Positions 9,179 through 17,176 of a stretch of 18,533 bases of DNA are shown here, piece by piece. How positions within the stretch are numbered: the stretch's first letter is position 1; each line of letters opens with the position of its first letter. The notes under the pieces were generated by a model that saw nothing but the letters and a program-made list of their open reading frames with translations, made no database searches and was not told the DNA's origin. Source of the DNA: a virus (Duplodnaviria > Heunggongvirae > Uroviricota > Caudoviricetes); IMG/VR virus record IMGVR_UViG_2541047722_000018, positions 1-18,533 of that record; one strand, written 5' to 3'. Position numbers and translations under genes: made by a program.

Positions 9179-9331
9179 GTTGTATGAGCTCTGGTGGGAG
9201 CTTACATATCTATGGCACAGAGTAAAGCCTAATCTGACAGTCCGCTCTGTGCTAGGAGCGGACATTGTTGCCATCTATCTGCATAAATCTGTGGGGAGCT
9301 GCTCACTTGTGGGGAATGAGTCCTCAACTGT

Positions 9332-9360
9332 TTGCGTTTATAAACACAATCCTTTAGATT
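9332..9360 (+). promoter_or_regulatory. Candidate sigma70 promoter for the cargo ORF
   Basis: TTGCGT (9332-9337), 17-nt spacer, TAGATT (9355-9360), about 30 nt upstream of the cargo start; each hexamer matches consensus at 4/6 only. Confidence 0.3.
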
Positions 9361-9390
9361 CTCTCCTACTATCTACTAAAATTTTATCTA

Positions 9391-10518
9391 GTGAAAATGC
9401 CCAATAATCATATGTATGCAAGTCTACTGTCTTACAAAAACTTAAAGATGGCACATCAAGGAAGTAACTTACGGTCTATTACTGAGTTTTCTCTCTATTC
9501 AGATAGTCAACCAATTGGGGCGGTTGATGATGATTCAGTTTATTGTTTTCTGAATATGTTACCCAGGATAACCAAACAATCCACCGTTGCATCTTCAATT
9601 ACAGTGCGCACAAAGTGGTATAGTGACTTAAATAATATGATTCTTTCTAGTTCTCAGAGTCATACAAAGGATTATCATGGTGGATGGTATAATGATGAAA
9701 TAGCTGCGCTTTCAAGTTTACTGCTTGGTGTCCGTTTTCATGCTGGGTCAATTACTCGTCACTATGATTACTACACAGGTGATTTCGGAAGGATCCAAGC
9801 GGAGAGTTCTTTTCCTCCCGTTTTAGAGTTTAAACATAACAAACCTATAGTTCCTAATGCTATCAAAGAAATTGATATAACTAACCTTAAAGAGCTTAAC
9901 AATTTACATCTCTTAAGTGAAAAGAATTTCAACCATTTAATTAGAGCAGCCAGAAGCTATCAAAATGCATTATGGATATGCGAGTCATCTCCAAATATGA
10001 GTTGGCTATTGATGGTGTCAGCCCTAGAATGTGCGGCTAATCAATGGGCAAAATCCAATGCGTCTAAAGAAGAAAGATTTAAACATGCCAAGCCTGAATT
10101 ATATGAAAAATTAGATACCAATGAATTTAGACATTTAATCTCTATTATTGCTAATGAGTTTAAAGATTCATTTGGGGCGACAAAGAAGTTTGTGGATTTC
10201 TGCCTGTATTTCCTTCCAGATGAACCTCAAGTGAGGCCAAAAGTAGGAAGAATTGATTGGGGAAAAGAATCGCTATCAACAACTTTTAAAAAAATATATA
10301 ACTACCGTTCTAAGGCATTGCATGGAGGACAACCATTTCCTGAGCCGATGTGTTCCTATCCTGAAGTATGGGATGGGTATATTGCTGAACGAGCGAGAGC
10401 ATGTTCAACCTTAGGTGGAACGTGGTTGAATGAAGATGTGCCAATTAATTTAAATACATTCAACTTTATGACCCATTCCATTTTGAATAAGTGGTGGCAA
10501 TCTTTATTACCAAGTTAA
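9391..10518 (+). CDS. Hypothetical protein, cargo gene at the G/FI variable locus; candidate anti-phage defence protein (possible C-terminal HEPN-like R-x4-H motif), up to 375 aa
   Basis: Single long ORF in an AT-rich island: hand count 20/60 G+C at its 5' end versus 33/60 at the start of FI. Start uncertain (GTG 9391, ATG 9397 or downstream ATGs; no strong SD). No transmembrane segments or P-loop seen. Occupies the P2 Z/fun position. Confidence 0.6.
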   Translation: MKMPNNHMYASLLSYKNLKMAHQGSNLRSITEFSLYSDSQPIGAVDDDSVYCFLNMLPRITKQSTVASSITVRTKWYSDLNNMILSSSQSHTKDYHGGWYNDEIAALSSLLLGVRFHAGSITRHYDYYTGDFGRIQAESSFPPVLEFKHNKPIVPNAIKEIDITNLKELNNLHLLSEKNFNHLIRAARSYQNALWICESSPNMSWLLMVSALECAANQWAKSNASKEERFKHAKPELYEKLDTNEFRHLISIIANEFKDSFGATKKFVDFCLYFLPDEPQVRPKVGRIDWGKESLSTTFKKIYNYRSKALHGGQPFPEPMCSYPEVWDGYIAERARACSTLGGTWLNEDVPINLNTFNFMTHSILNKWWQSLLPS

Positions 10519-10540
10519 CACTGTAAGTATCAGTGTTAAC
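10514..10540. repeat. Perfect 10-bp inverted repeat overlapping the cargo stop codon
   Basis: GTTAACACTG (10514-10523), 7-nt spacer, CAGTGTTAAC (10531-10540). Confidence 0.6.
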
Positions 10541-10609
10541 TGCACCATGTAATTTTATATCTGTACCAGACTGGAGGAAAATGTTCGCTTATCGCTCATT
10601 AGGGTCAAC

Positions 10610-10648
10610 CATACTCAAATCTCTCACATTGCAGGAGATTTGAGTATG
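10610..10648. repeat. Perfect 14-bp inverted repeat with 11-nt spacer
   Basis: CATACTCAAATCTC (10610-10623), spacer tcacattgcag, GAGATTTGAGTATG (10635-10648). Confidence 0.6.
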
Positions 10649-10671
10649 AACACGTCACCGTGGAAGGACTG

Positions 10672-10694
10672 GCGGGCGAATTGCCCGCTTTTTT
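10672..10694 (+). terminator. Rho-independent terminator downstream of the cargo ORF
   Basis: GCGGGC-gaatt-GCCCGC stem-loop followed by TTTTTT on the + strand. Confidence 0.6.
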
Positions 10695-10792
10695 GTATCT
10701 GTTGTTTCATCCACTGACCAGCCAGGTCAAATAGCGTCTCATGCTCTGCACAACAGAAAATAGTTGCACCCATTAACCACGGAGTTAAACGG

Positions 10793-11983
10793 ATGAGTGA
10801 CTATCATCACGGCGTGCAGGTGCTGGAGATTAACGACGGCACCCGCGTCATTTCCACCGTATCCACCGCCATTGTTGGCATGGTCTGCACGGCCAGCGAT
10901 GCGGATGCGGAAACCTTCCCCGTCAATAAACCGGTGCTGATCACCAATGTGCAGAGCGCGATTGCAAAGGCCGGTAAAAAAGGTACGCTGGCGGCATCGT
11001 TGCAGGCCATCGCTGACCAGTCAAAACCGGTCACCGTTGTCGTGCGCGTGGAAGACGGCACCGGCGACGACGAAGAAACGAAACTCGCGCAGACCGTTTC
11101 CAATATCATCGGCACCACTGACGAAAACGGTCAGTACACCGGACTGAAAGCCCTGATGGGCGCAGAGTCGGTTACCGGCGTTAAACCGCGCATTCTCGGC
11201 GTACCGGGACTGGACACCAAAGAGGTGGCGGTTGCACTGGCATCGGTATGCCAGGAACTGAATGCCTTCGGGTATATCAGCGCATGGGGCTGTAAAACCA
11301 TTTCCGAGGCAAAAGCCTACCGTCAGAATTTCAGTCAGCGTGAGCTGATGGTCATCTGGCCGGATTTCCTTGCATGGGATACGGTCACCAGTACCACCGC
11401 CACCGCGTATGCCACCGCCCGTGCGCTGGGGCTGCGTGCCAAAATCGACCAGGAGCAGGGCTGGCATAAAACGCTGTCCAACGTCGGGGTAAACGGTGTT
11501 ACCGGCATCAGCGCATCTGTATTCTGGGATTTGCAGAAGTCTGGCACTGATGCTGACCTGCTGAACGAGGCAGGCGTCACAACGCTGGTTCGCCGCGACG
11601 GTTTCCGTTTCTGGGGTAACCGTACCTGCTCCGATGACCCACTTTTCCTCTTTGAAAGCTACACACGTACCGCGCAGGTACTGGCCGACACGATGGCTGA
11701 GGCGCACATGTGGGCTATTGATAAGCCCATCACCGCAACGCTGATTCGCGACATCATTGATGGCATCAATGCCAAATTCCGCGAACTGAAAAACAACGGT
11801 TATATCGTGGATGGCACATGCTGGTTCAGTGAAGAAGCCAACGATGCGGAAACCCTCAAGGCCGGAAAACTGTATATCGACTACGACTATACACCGGTGC
11901 CTCCTCTCGAAAACCTGACCCTGCGCCAGCGTATTACTTCAAGATACCTGGCAAGTCTGGTCACCTCGGTTAACAGCAATTAA
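10793..11983 (+). CDS. FI: Contractile tail sheath protein (P2 gpFI-like), 396 aa
   Basis: GGAG RBS before the ATG; size and order as P2 FI; first gene of the FI-FII-E-T-U-D operon. Confidence 0.9.
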   Translation: MSDYHHGVQVLEINDGTRVISTVSTAIVGMVCTASDADAETFPVNKPVLITNVQSAIAKAGKKGTLAASLQAIADQSKPVTVVVRVEDGTGDDEETKLAQTVSNIIGTTDENGQYTGLKALMGAESVTGVKPRILGVPGLDTKEVAVALASVCQELNAFGYISAWGCKTISEAKAYRQNFSQRELMVIWPDFLAWDTVTSTTATAYATARALGLRAKIDQEQGWHKTLSNVGVNGVTGISASVFWDLQKSGTDADLLNEAGVTTLVRRDGFRFWGNRTCSDDPLFLFESYTRTAQVLADTMAEAHMWAIDKPITATLIRDIIDGINAKFRELKNNGYIVDGTCWFSEEANDAETLKAGKLYIDYDYTPVPPLENLTLRQRITSRYLASLVTSVNSN

Positions 11984-11995
11984 GGAGCCTGACCG

Positions 11996-12514
11996 ATGGC
12001 AATGCCGCGCAAACTCAAGTTAATGAACGTCTTTCTGAACGGCTACAGCTATCAGGGCGTTGCAAAGTCCGTCACGCTGCCAAAACTGACCCGTAAGCTC
12101 GAAAACTATCGCGGTGCGGGGATGAACGGCAGCGCACCGGTAGACCTCGGCCTTGATGACGATGCGCTGTCAATGGAGTGGTCGCTCGGTGGCTTCCCGG
12201 ATTCGGTTATCTGGGAGCTTTACGCCGCAACCGGTGTGGATGCCGTGCCGATTCGTTTTGCAGGCTCTTACCAGCGCGACGATACCGGCGAAACGGTGGC
12301 CGTCGAAGTGGTCATGCGTGGACGTCAGAAAGAAATCGACACCGGCGAGGGTAAACAGGGAGAAGACACCGAGTCGAAAATCTCCGTGGTCTGCACCTAT
12401 TTCCGGCTGACGATGGACGGTAAGGAGCTGGTCGAAATCGACACCATCAACATGATTGAGAAGGTGAACGGCGTCGACCGGCTGGAGCAACACCGCCGCA
12501 ATATCGGCCTGTGA
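11996..12514 (+). CDS. FII: Tail tube protein (P2 gpFII-like), 172 aa
   Basis: AGGAG RBS; size and order as P2 FII. Confidence 0.9.
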   Translation: MAMPRKLKLMNVFLNGYSYQGVAKSVTLPKLTRKLENYRGAGMNGSAPVDLGLDDDALSMEWSLGGFPDSVIWELYAATGVDAVPIRFAGSYQRDDTGETVAVEVVMRGRQKEIDTGEGKQGEDTESKISVVCTYFRLTMDGKELVEIDTINMIEKVNGVDRLEQHRRNIGL

Positions 12515-12570
12515 TTTTCATCCGGTCAGCCTGGCTGACCGGTTAACCCCGATTCAGAAGTGAGAAAACC

Positions 12571-12846
12571 ATGAACAAAGAAAATGTGATTACCCTGGAC
12601 AATCCGGTCAAGCGTGGTGAGCAGGTTATCGAACAGGTCACGCTGATGAAACCCAATGCCGGGACGCTGCGCGGTGTCAGTCTGGCTGCGGTCGCAAACT
12701 CCGAAGTCGATGCACTGATTAAGGTGCTGCCGCGCATGACGGCACCGATGCTGACCGAGCAGGAGGTCGCCGCGCTGGAACTGCCTGACCTTGTGGCGCT
12801 GGCCGGTAAGGTGGTCGGTTTTTTGTCTCCGAACTCGGTGCAGTGA
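12571..12846 (+). CDS. E: Tail assembly chaperone E (P2 gpE-like), 91 aa
   Basis: Size and position as P2 E; contains the slippery site T-TTT-TTG near its 3' end. Confidence 0.8.
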   Translation: MNKENVITLDNPVKRGEQVIEQVTLMKPNAGTLRGVSLAAVANSEVDALIKVLPRMTAPMLTEQEVAALELPDLVALAGKVVGFLSPNSVQ

Positions 12847-12998
12847 CGTTTCCGAAAAATCTGTCGGTCGATGACCTGATGGCAGATGTGGCAGTGATAT
12901 TTCACTGGCCGCCATCAGAACTGTATCCCATGAGCCTGACCGAACTCATCACATGGCGCGAAAAGGCGCTCCGGCGAAGCGGAAACACGAATGAGTAA
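12571..12998 (+). CDS. E+E': Tail assembly chaperone fusion E+E' made by a programmed -1 translational frameshift
   Basis: Slippery heptamer T TTT TTG at 12819-12825; after a -1 slip the frame stays open (..VSELGAVTFPKNL...RRSGNTNE) to TAA at 12996-12998, overlapping the T start codon. Analogous to the P2 E/E' and lambda G/GT arrangement. Confidence 0.65.
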
Positions 12999-15438
12999 CA
13001 ATGTAAAATTACAGGTATTGCTCAGGGCTGTTGACCAGGCATCCCGCCCGTTTAAATCCATCCGCACAGCGAGTAAGTCGCTGTCGGGGGATATCCGGGA
13101 AACACAAAAATCACTGCGCGAGCTGAACGGTCACGCATCCCGTATTGAGGGATTCCGCAAGACCAGTGCACAGCTCGCCGTGACTGGTCATGCACTTGAA
13201 AAGGCACGGCAGGAAGCCGAAGCCCTTGCCACACAGTTTAAAAACACCGAACGTCCGACCCGTGCTCAGGCGAAAGTGCTGGAATCCGCAAAGCGTGCGG
13301 CGGAGGACTTACAGGCGAAATATAACCACCTGACGGATTCCGTTAAACGCCAGCAACGGGAACTGGCCGTTGTGGGAATTAATACCCGCAATCTTGCACA
13401 TGATGAGCAGGGACTGAAAAACCGTATCAGTGAAACCACCGCACAACTTAACCGTCAGCGTGACGCGCTGGCGCGTGTCAGTACGCAACAGGCAAAACTT
13501 AACGCAGTAAAACAGCGTTATCAGGCCGGAAAGGAACTGGCCGGAAATATGGCCTCGGTAGGCGCTGCCGGTGTGGGGATTGCGGCGGCGGGAACGATGG
13601 CCGGAGTTAAGCTGCTGATGCCCGGTTATGAGTTTGCGCAGAAAAACTCAGAATTGCAGGCCGTGCTAGGAGTGGCAAAAGACTCCGCCGAAATGGCCGC
13701 GCTACGCAAACAGGCGCGCCAGCTCGGCGACAACACAGCCGCCTCGGCGGATGATGCAGCAGCAGCTCAAATCATCGTGGCTAAATCAGGAGCGGATAAA
13801 AATGGCATCTTGGCACAAACACCGGCCATTTTGAATATGTCACTGGCAAACAAGAAAACGATGGAGGAAAACGCCACTTTACTTATTGGGACAAAATCGG
13901 CATTCGGGCTTGCTGATGATAAGGCTTCCCATATTGCTGATGTTATTTCAATGACGATGAATAAATCGCAAGCCACATTCGAGGGACTAAGTGATTCACT
14001 TACCTATGTCGGGCCAGTGGCAAAAGATGCAGGTGTCAGCTTGGAAGAAACAGCAGCAATGTTAGGTGCATTACACGATGCAAATATCAGTGGGTCTATG
14101 GCTGGCACAGGAAGTCGAGCAGTACTGAGTCGTTTGCAGGCACCAACCGGGAAAGCGTATGACGCTATTAAAGAGCTTGGCGTAAAGACAACTGACAGCA
14201 AAGGTAATACGCGACCTGTCTTTTCAATTCTGAAAGAAATTCAGCGGAGTTTTGAAAAAAATAAACTAGGAACAGGGCAGCGCGCTGAATACATGAAAAC
14301 AATATTCGGCGAAGAGGCCAGCTCATCAGCAAGTGTATTAATGACAGCAGCAGCCAGCGGCAAGCTGGATAATCTGACCAGGTTGATTAAAGAATCTGAC
14401 GGTAAAACAGAAGAACTGGTTAAGGTTATGCAGGACAACCTCGGCGGTGACTTTAAGGAGTTTCAGTCCGCTTATGAGGCGGTGGGGACTGACCTGTTTG
14501 ACCAGCAGGAAGGCGCACTGCGTAAGCTCACGCAGACGGCCACAAATTATGTGTTAAAACTCGACGGCTGGATCCAGAAAAACAAATCACTGGCGTCAAC
14601 CATCGGCATCATTGCCGGTGGCGCGCTGGCGCTGACTGGCATCATCGGTGCCATTGGTCTTGTCGCCTGGCCGGTTATCACCGGCATCAATGCCATCATC
14701 GCGGCAGCAGGCGCAATGGGGGCAATCTTCACGACGGTTGGCAGTGCCGTTATGACGGCCATCGGGGCGATTAGCTGGCCGGTTGTGGCCGTGGTGGCCG
14801 CCATTGTCGCCGGGGCGTTGCTTATCCGTAAATACTGGGAGCCTGTCAGCGCATTCTTTGGCGGTGTGGTTGAAGGGCTTAAAGCGGCATTTGCGCCGGT
14901 GGGGGAACTGTTCACGCCACTTAAACCGGTTTTTGACTGGCTGGGGGAAAAGTTACAGGCCGCGTGGCAGTGGTTTAAAAATCTGATTGCCCCGGTCAAA
15001 GCCACCCAGGACACCCTGAACCGTTGCCGTGACACGGGGGTCATGTTCGGGCAGGCACTGGCTGACGCGCTGATGCTGCCGCTTAATGCGTTCAACAAAC
15101 TGCGCAGCGGCATTGACTGGGTACTGGAAAAACTCGGTGTTATCAACAAAGAGTCAGACACACTTGACCAGACCGCCGCCAGAACTCAAGCCGCCACGTA
15201 TGGCAGCGGTGGTTATATTCCGGCGACCAGCTCTTATGCAGGCTATCAGGCTTATCAGCCGGTCACGGCACCGGCTGGCCGCTCTTATGTAGACCAGAGT
15301 AAAAACGAATATCACATCAGCCTGACGGGTGGTACTGCGCCGGGGACACAGCTTGACCGCCAGTTACAGGATGCGCTCGAAAAATACGAGCGGGATAAAC
15401 GTGCGCGCGCCCGTGCCAGCATGATGCATGACGGTTAA
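12991..15438 (+). CDS. T: Tail tape measure protein (P2 gpT-like), 815 aa
   Basis: Large alpha-helical protein with a central Gly/Ala-rich hydrophobic segment; size and order as P2 T. Confidence 0.85.
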   Translation: MSNNVKLQVLLRAVDQASRPFKSIRTASKSLSGDIRETQKSLRELNGHASRIEGFRKTSAQLAVTGHALEKARQEAEALATQFKNTERPTRAQAKVLESAKRAAEDLQAKYNHLTDSVKRQQRELAVVGINTRNLAHDEQGLKNRISETTAQLNRQRDALARVSTQQAKLNAVKQRYQAGKELAGNMASVGAAGVGIAAAGTMAGVKLLMPGYEFAQKNSELQAVLGVAKDSAEMAALRKQARQLGDNTAASADDAAAAQIIVAKSGADKNGILAQTPAILNMSLANKKTMEENATLLIGTKSAFGLADDKASHIADVISMTMNKSQATFEGLSDSLTYVGPVAKDAGVSLEETAAMLGALHDANISGSMAGTGSRAVLSRLQAPTGKAYDAIKELGVKTTDSKGNTRPVFSILKEIQRSFEKNKLGTGQRAEYMKTIFGEEASSSASVLMTAAASGKLDNLTRLIKESDGKTEELVKVMQDNLGGDFKEFQSAYEAVGTDLFDQQEGALRKLTQTATNYVLKLDGWIQKNKSLASTIGIIAGGALALTGIIGAIGLVAWPVITGINAIIAAAGAMGAIFTTVGSAVMTAIGAISWPVVAVVAAIVAGALLIRKYWEPVSAFFGGVVEGLKAAFAPVGELFTPLKPVFDWLGEKLQAAWQWFKNLIAPVKATQDTLNRCRDTGVMFGQALADALMLPLNAFNKLRSGIDWVLEKLGVINKESDTLDQTAARTQAATYGSGGYIPATSSYAGYQAYQPVTAPAGRSYVDQSKNEYHISLTGGTAPGTQLDRQLQDALEKYERDKRARARASMMHDG

Positions 15439-15452
15439 GGAGGTGACGAAAA

Positions 15453-15932
15453 ATGATGCTCGCGTTAGGTATGTTTGTTTTTATGCGCCAGACGCTGCCA
15501 CACCAGACCATGCAGCGTGAATCAGATTATCGCTGGCCGTCAAATTCCCGTATCGGCAAACGGGATGCCTTTCAATTTCTCGGTGTGGGTGAGGAAAACA
15601 TCACGCTTGCCGGTGTGCTTTATCCCGAACTGACCGGCGGAAAGCTGACGATGACCACGCTCAGGCTGATGGCAGAGGAAGGCCGGGCGTGGCCGTTGCT
15701 GGATGGCACCGGCATGATTTATGGCATGTATGTCATCAGTAAGGTGAGTGAAACAGGGAGTATTTTCTTTGCAGACGGCACACCCCGGAAAATTGATTTT
15801 ACGCTGTCGCTCACCCGCGTTGATGAATCACTGGCCGCGCTTTATGGCGATATCGGTAAACAGGCGGAATCGCTCATCGGTAAGGCTGGCAGTATAGCGA
15901 CTAAATTCACGGGTATGACGGAGGCGGGATAA
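15453..15932 (+). CDS. U: Tail protein (P2 gpU-like), 159 aa
   Basis: AGGAGG RBS; size and order as P2 U. Confidence 0.85.
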   Translation: MMLALGMFVFMRQTLPHQTMQRESDYRWPSNSRIGKRDAFQFLGVGEENITLAGVLYPELTGGKLTMTTLRLMAEEGRAWPLLDGTGMIYGMYVISKVSETGSIFFADGTPRKIDFTLSLTRVDESLAALYGDIGKQAESLIGKAGSIATKFTGMTEAG

Positions 15933-17095
15933 TGCTGGATGCGCTGACATTTGATGCAGGCAGTACGCTGACGCCGGATTACATGCTGATGCTCGACAGC
16001 AGGGATATTACCGGCAATATCAGCGACCGTCTGATGAGCATGACCCTGACGGATAACCGGGGCTTTGAGGCTGACCAGCTTGATATTGAACTGAACGATG
16101 CCGACGGGCAGGTCGGACTGCCGGTTCGTGGCGCTGTCCTGACGGTGTATATCGGCTGGAAAGGTTTTGCCCTGGTATGCAAAGGGAAATTTACCGTTGA
16201 TGAGGTTGAACACCGGGGCGCACCGGATGTGGTCACCATCCGCGCCCGGAGTGCAGATTTTCGCGGGACGCTCAATTCCCGCCGTGAAGGCTCCTGGCAT
16301 GACACCACGCTCGGTGCGATTGTTGAGGCGATAGCCTCCCGTAACAGGCTGGAAGCCAGTGTCGCGCCGTCACTGGCAGGAATTAAAATCCCGCACATCG
16401 ACCAGTCGCAGGAGTCTGATGCGAAATTCCTGACCCGTCTTGCAGAACGCAACGGCGGTGAGGTGTCGGTAAAAATGGGAAAACTGTTGTTTCTCAAAGC
16501 GGGGCAGGGGGTGACGTCCAGCGGTAAAAAAATCCCGCAGATTACCATCACCCGCAGCGACGGCGACCGTCATCATTTTGCGATTGCTGACCGTGGAGCC
16601 TATACCGGCGTAACGGCAAAGTGGTTACACACCAAAGACCCGAAGCCGCAAAAGCAGAAGGTAAAACTGAAACGCAAAAAGAAAGAGAAACACCTGCGCG
16701 CACTGGAGCACCCGAAAGCGAAACCAGTCACGCAGAAGAAAGCGCCAAAAGTACCGGAAGCGCGCGAAGGTGAATACATGGCCGGTGAGGTTGATAACGT
16801 TTTTGCCCTGACCACGGTATATGCCACGAAAGCACAGGCCATGCGTGCCGCTCAGGCGAAGTGGGATAAGCTGCAACGGGGTGTAGCGGAGTTCTCCATC
16901 AGCCTGGCTACTGGTCGGGCAGATATTTACACGGAAACACCGGTTAAAGTGTCAGGCTTTAAGCGCGTCATAGACGAGCAGGACTGGACAATCACTAAGG
17001 TGACACATTTTCTGAATAATAGCGGCTTCACGACGTCCTTAGAGCTTGAGGTCAGGCTTTCTGATGTGGAGCACGAAACAGAAGATGATGAGTGA
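15932..17095 (+). CDS. D: Tail protein (P2 gpD-like), 387 aa
   Basis: Start overlaps the U stop (TAATG); size and order as P2 D; contains a Lys-rich low-complexity linker. Confidence 0.85.
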   Translation: MLDALTFDAGSTLTPDYMLMLDSRDITGNISDRLMSMTLTDNRGFEADQLDIELNDADGQVGLPVRGAVLTVYIGWKGFALVCKGKFTVDEVEHRGAPDVVTIRARSADFRGTLNSRREGSWHDTTLGAIVEAIASRNRLEASVAPSLAGIKIPHIDQSQESDAKFLTRLAERNGGEVSVKMGKLLFLKAGQGVTSSGKKIPQITITRSDGDRHHFAIADRGAYTGVTAKWLHTKDPKPQKQKVKLKRKKKEKHLRALEHPKAKPVTQKKAPKVPEAREGEYMAGEVDNVFALTTVYATKAQAMRAAQAKWDKLQRGVAEFSISLATGRADIYTETPVKVSGFKRVIDEQDWTITKVTHFLNNSGFTTSLELEVRLSDVEHETEDDE

Positions 17096-17176
17096 TGTAA
17101 TTTATTTATCTGTTTGTTTTATAAGGATAAATTAACTAAAATGGCACCATCAACAAAACCGGAAGAGGTGCTCGCG

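Noticed and set aside
9081-9407. ORF 9081..9407 (108 aa) spanning the G 3' end and the gap upstream of the cargo gene
   Set aside because: Begins inside G in another frame and runs through the putative promoter; more likely non-coding regulatory DNA.
10646-10717. 23-codon mini-ORF MNTSPWKDWRANCPLFCICCFIH spanning the terminator hairpin
   Set aside because: Its ATG lies inside the 14-bp inverted repeat and the ORF reads through the terminator stem and T-tract; almost certainly not translated, though a leader peptide cannot be strictly excluded.
10695-10792. Search for a P2-type late promoter activator site (TGT-N12-ACA) upstream of FI, and also upstream of V
   Set aside because: No strict match found by eye; only a TGCAC...TGCAC direct repeat at about 10746-10770. 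Not reported as a feature because the evidence is insufficient.
10807-11707. Minus-strand ORFs (103 and 228 aa) and + ORF 10947..11147 inside FI
   Set aside because: Overlap the highly conserved sheath gene; off-frame artefacts.
12153-12915. ORFs on both strands overlapping FII and E (12153..12410, 12170..12493, 12526..12915, 12543..12905)
   Set aside because: Off-frame or antisense to FII/E/E'; the only additional coding capacity here is the E' frameshift extension.
13052-16876. Multiple minus-strand ORFs of 60-204 aa inside T, U and D
   Set aside because: Antisense to long, well-supported genes; the Ala/Ser/Pro-rich translations reflect antisense reading of a Gly/Ala-rich tape-measure gene.
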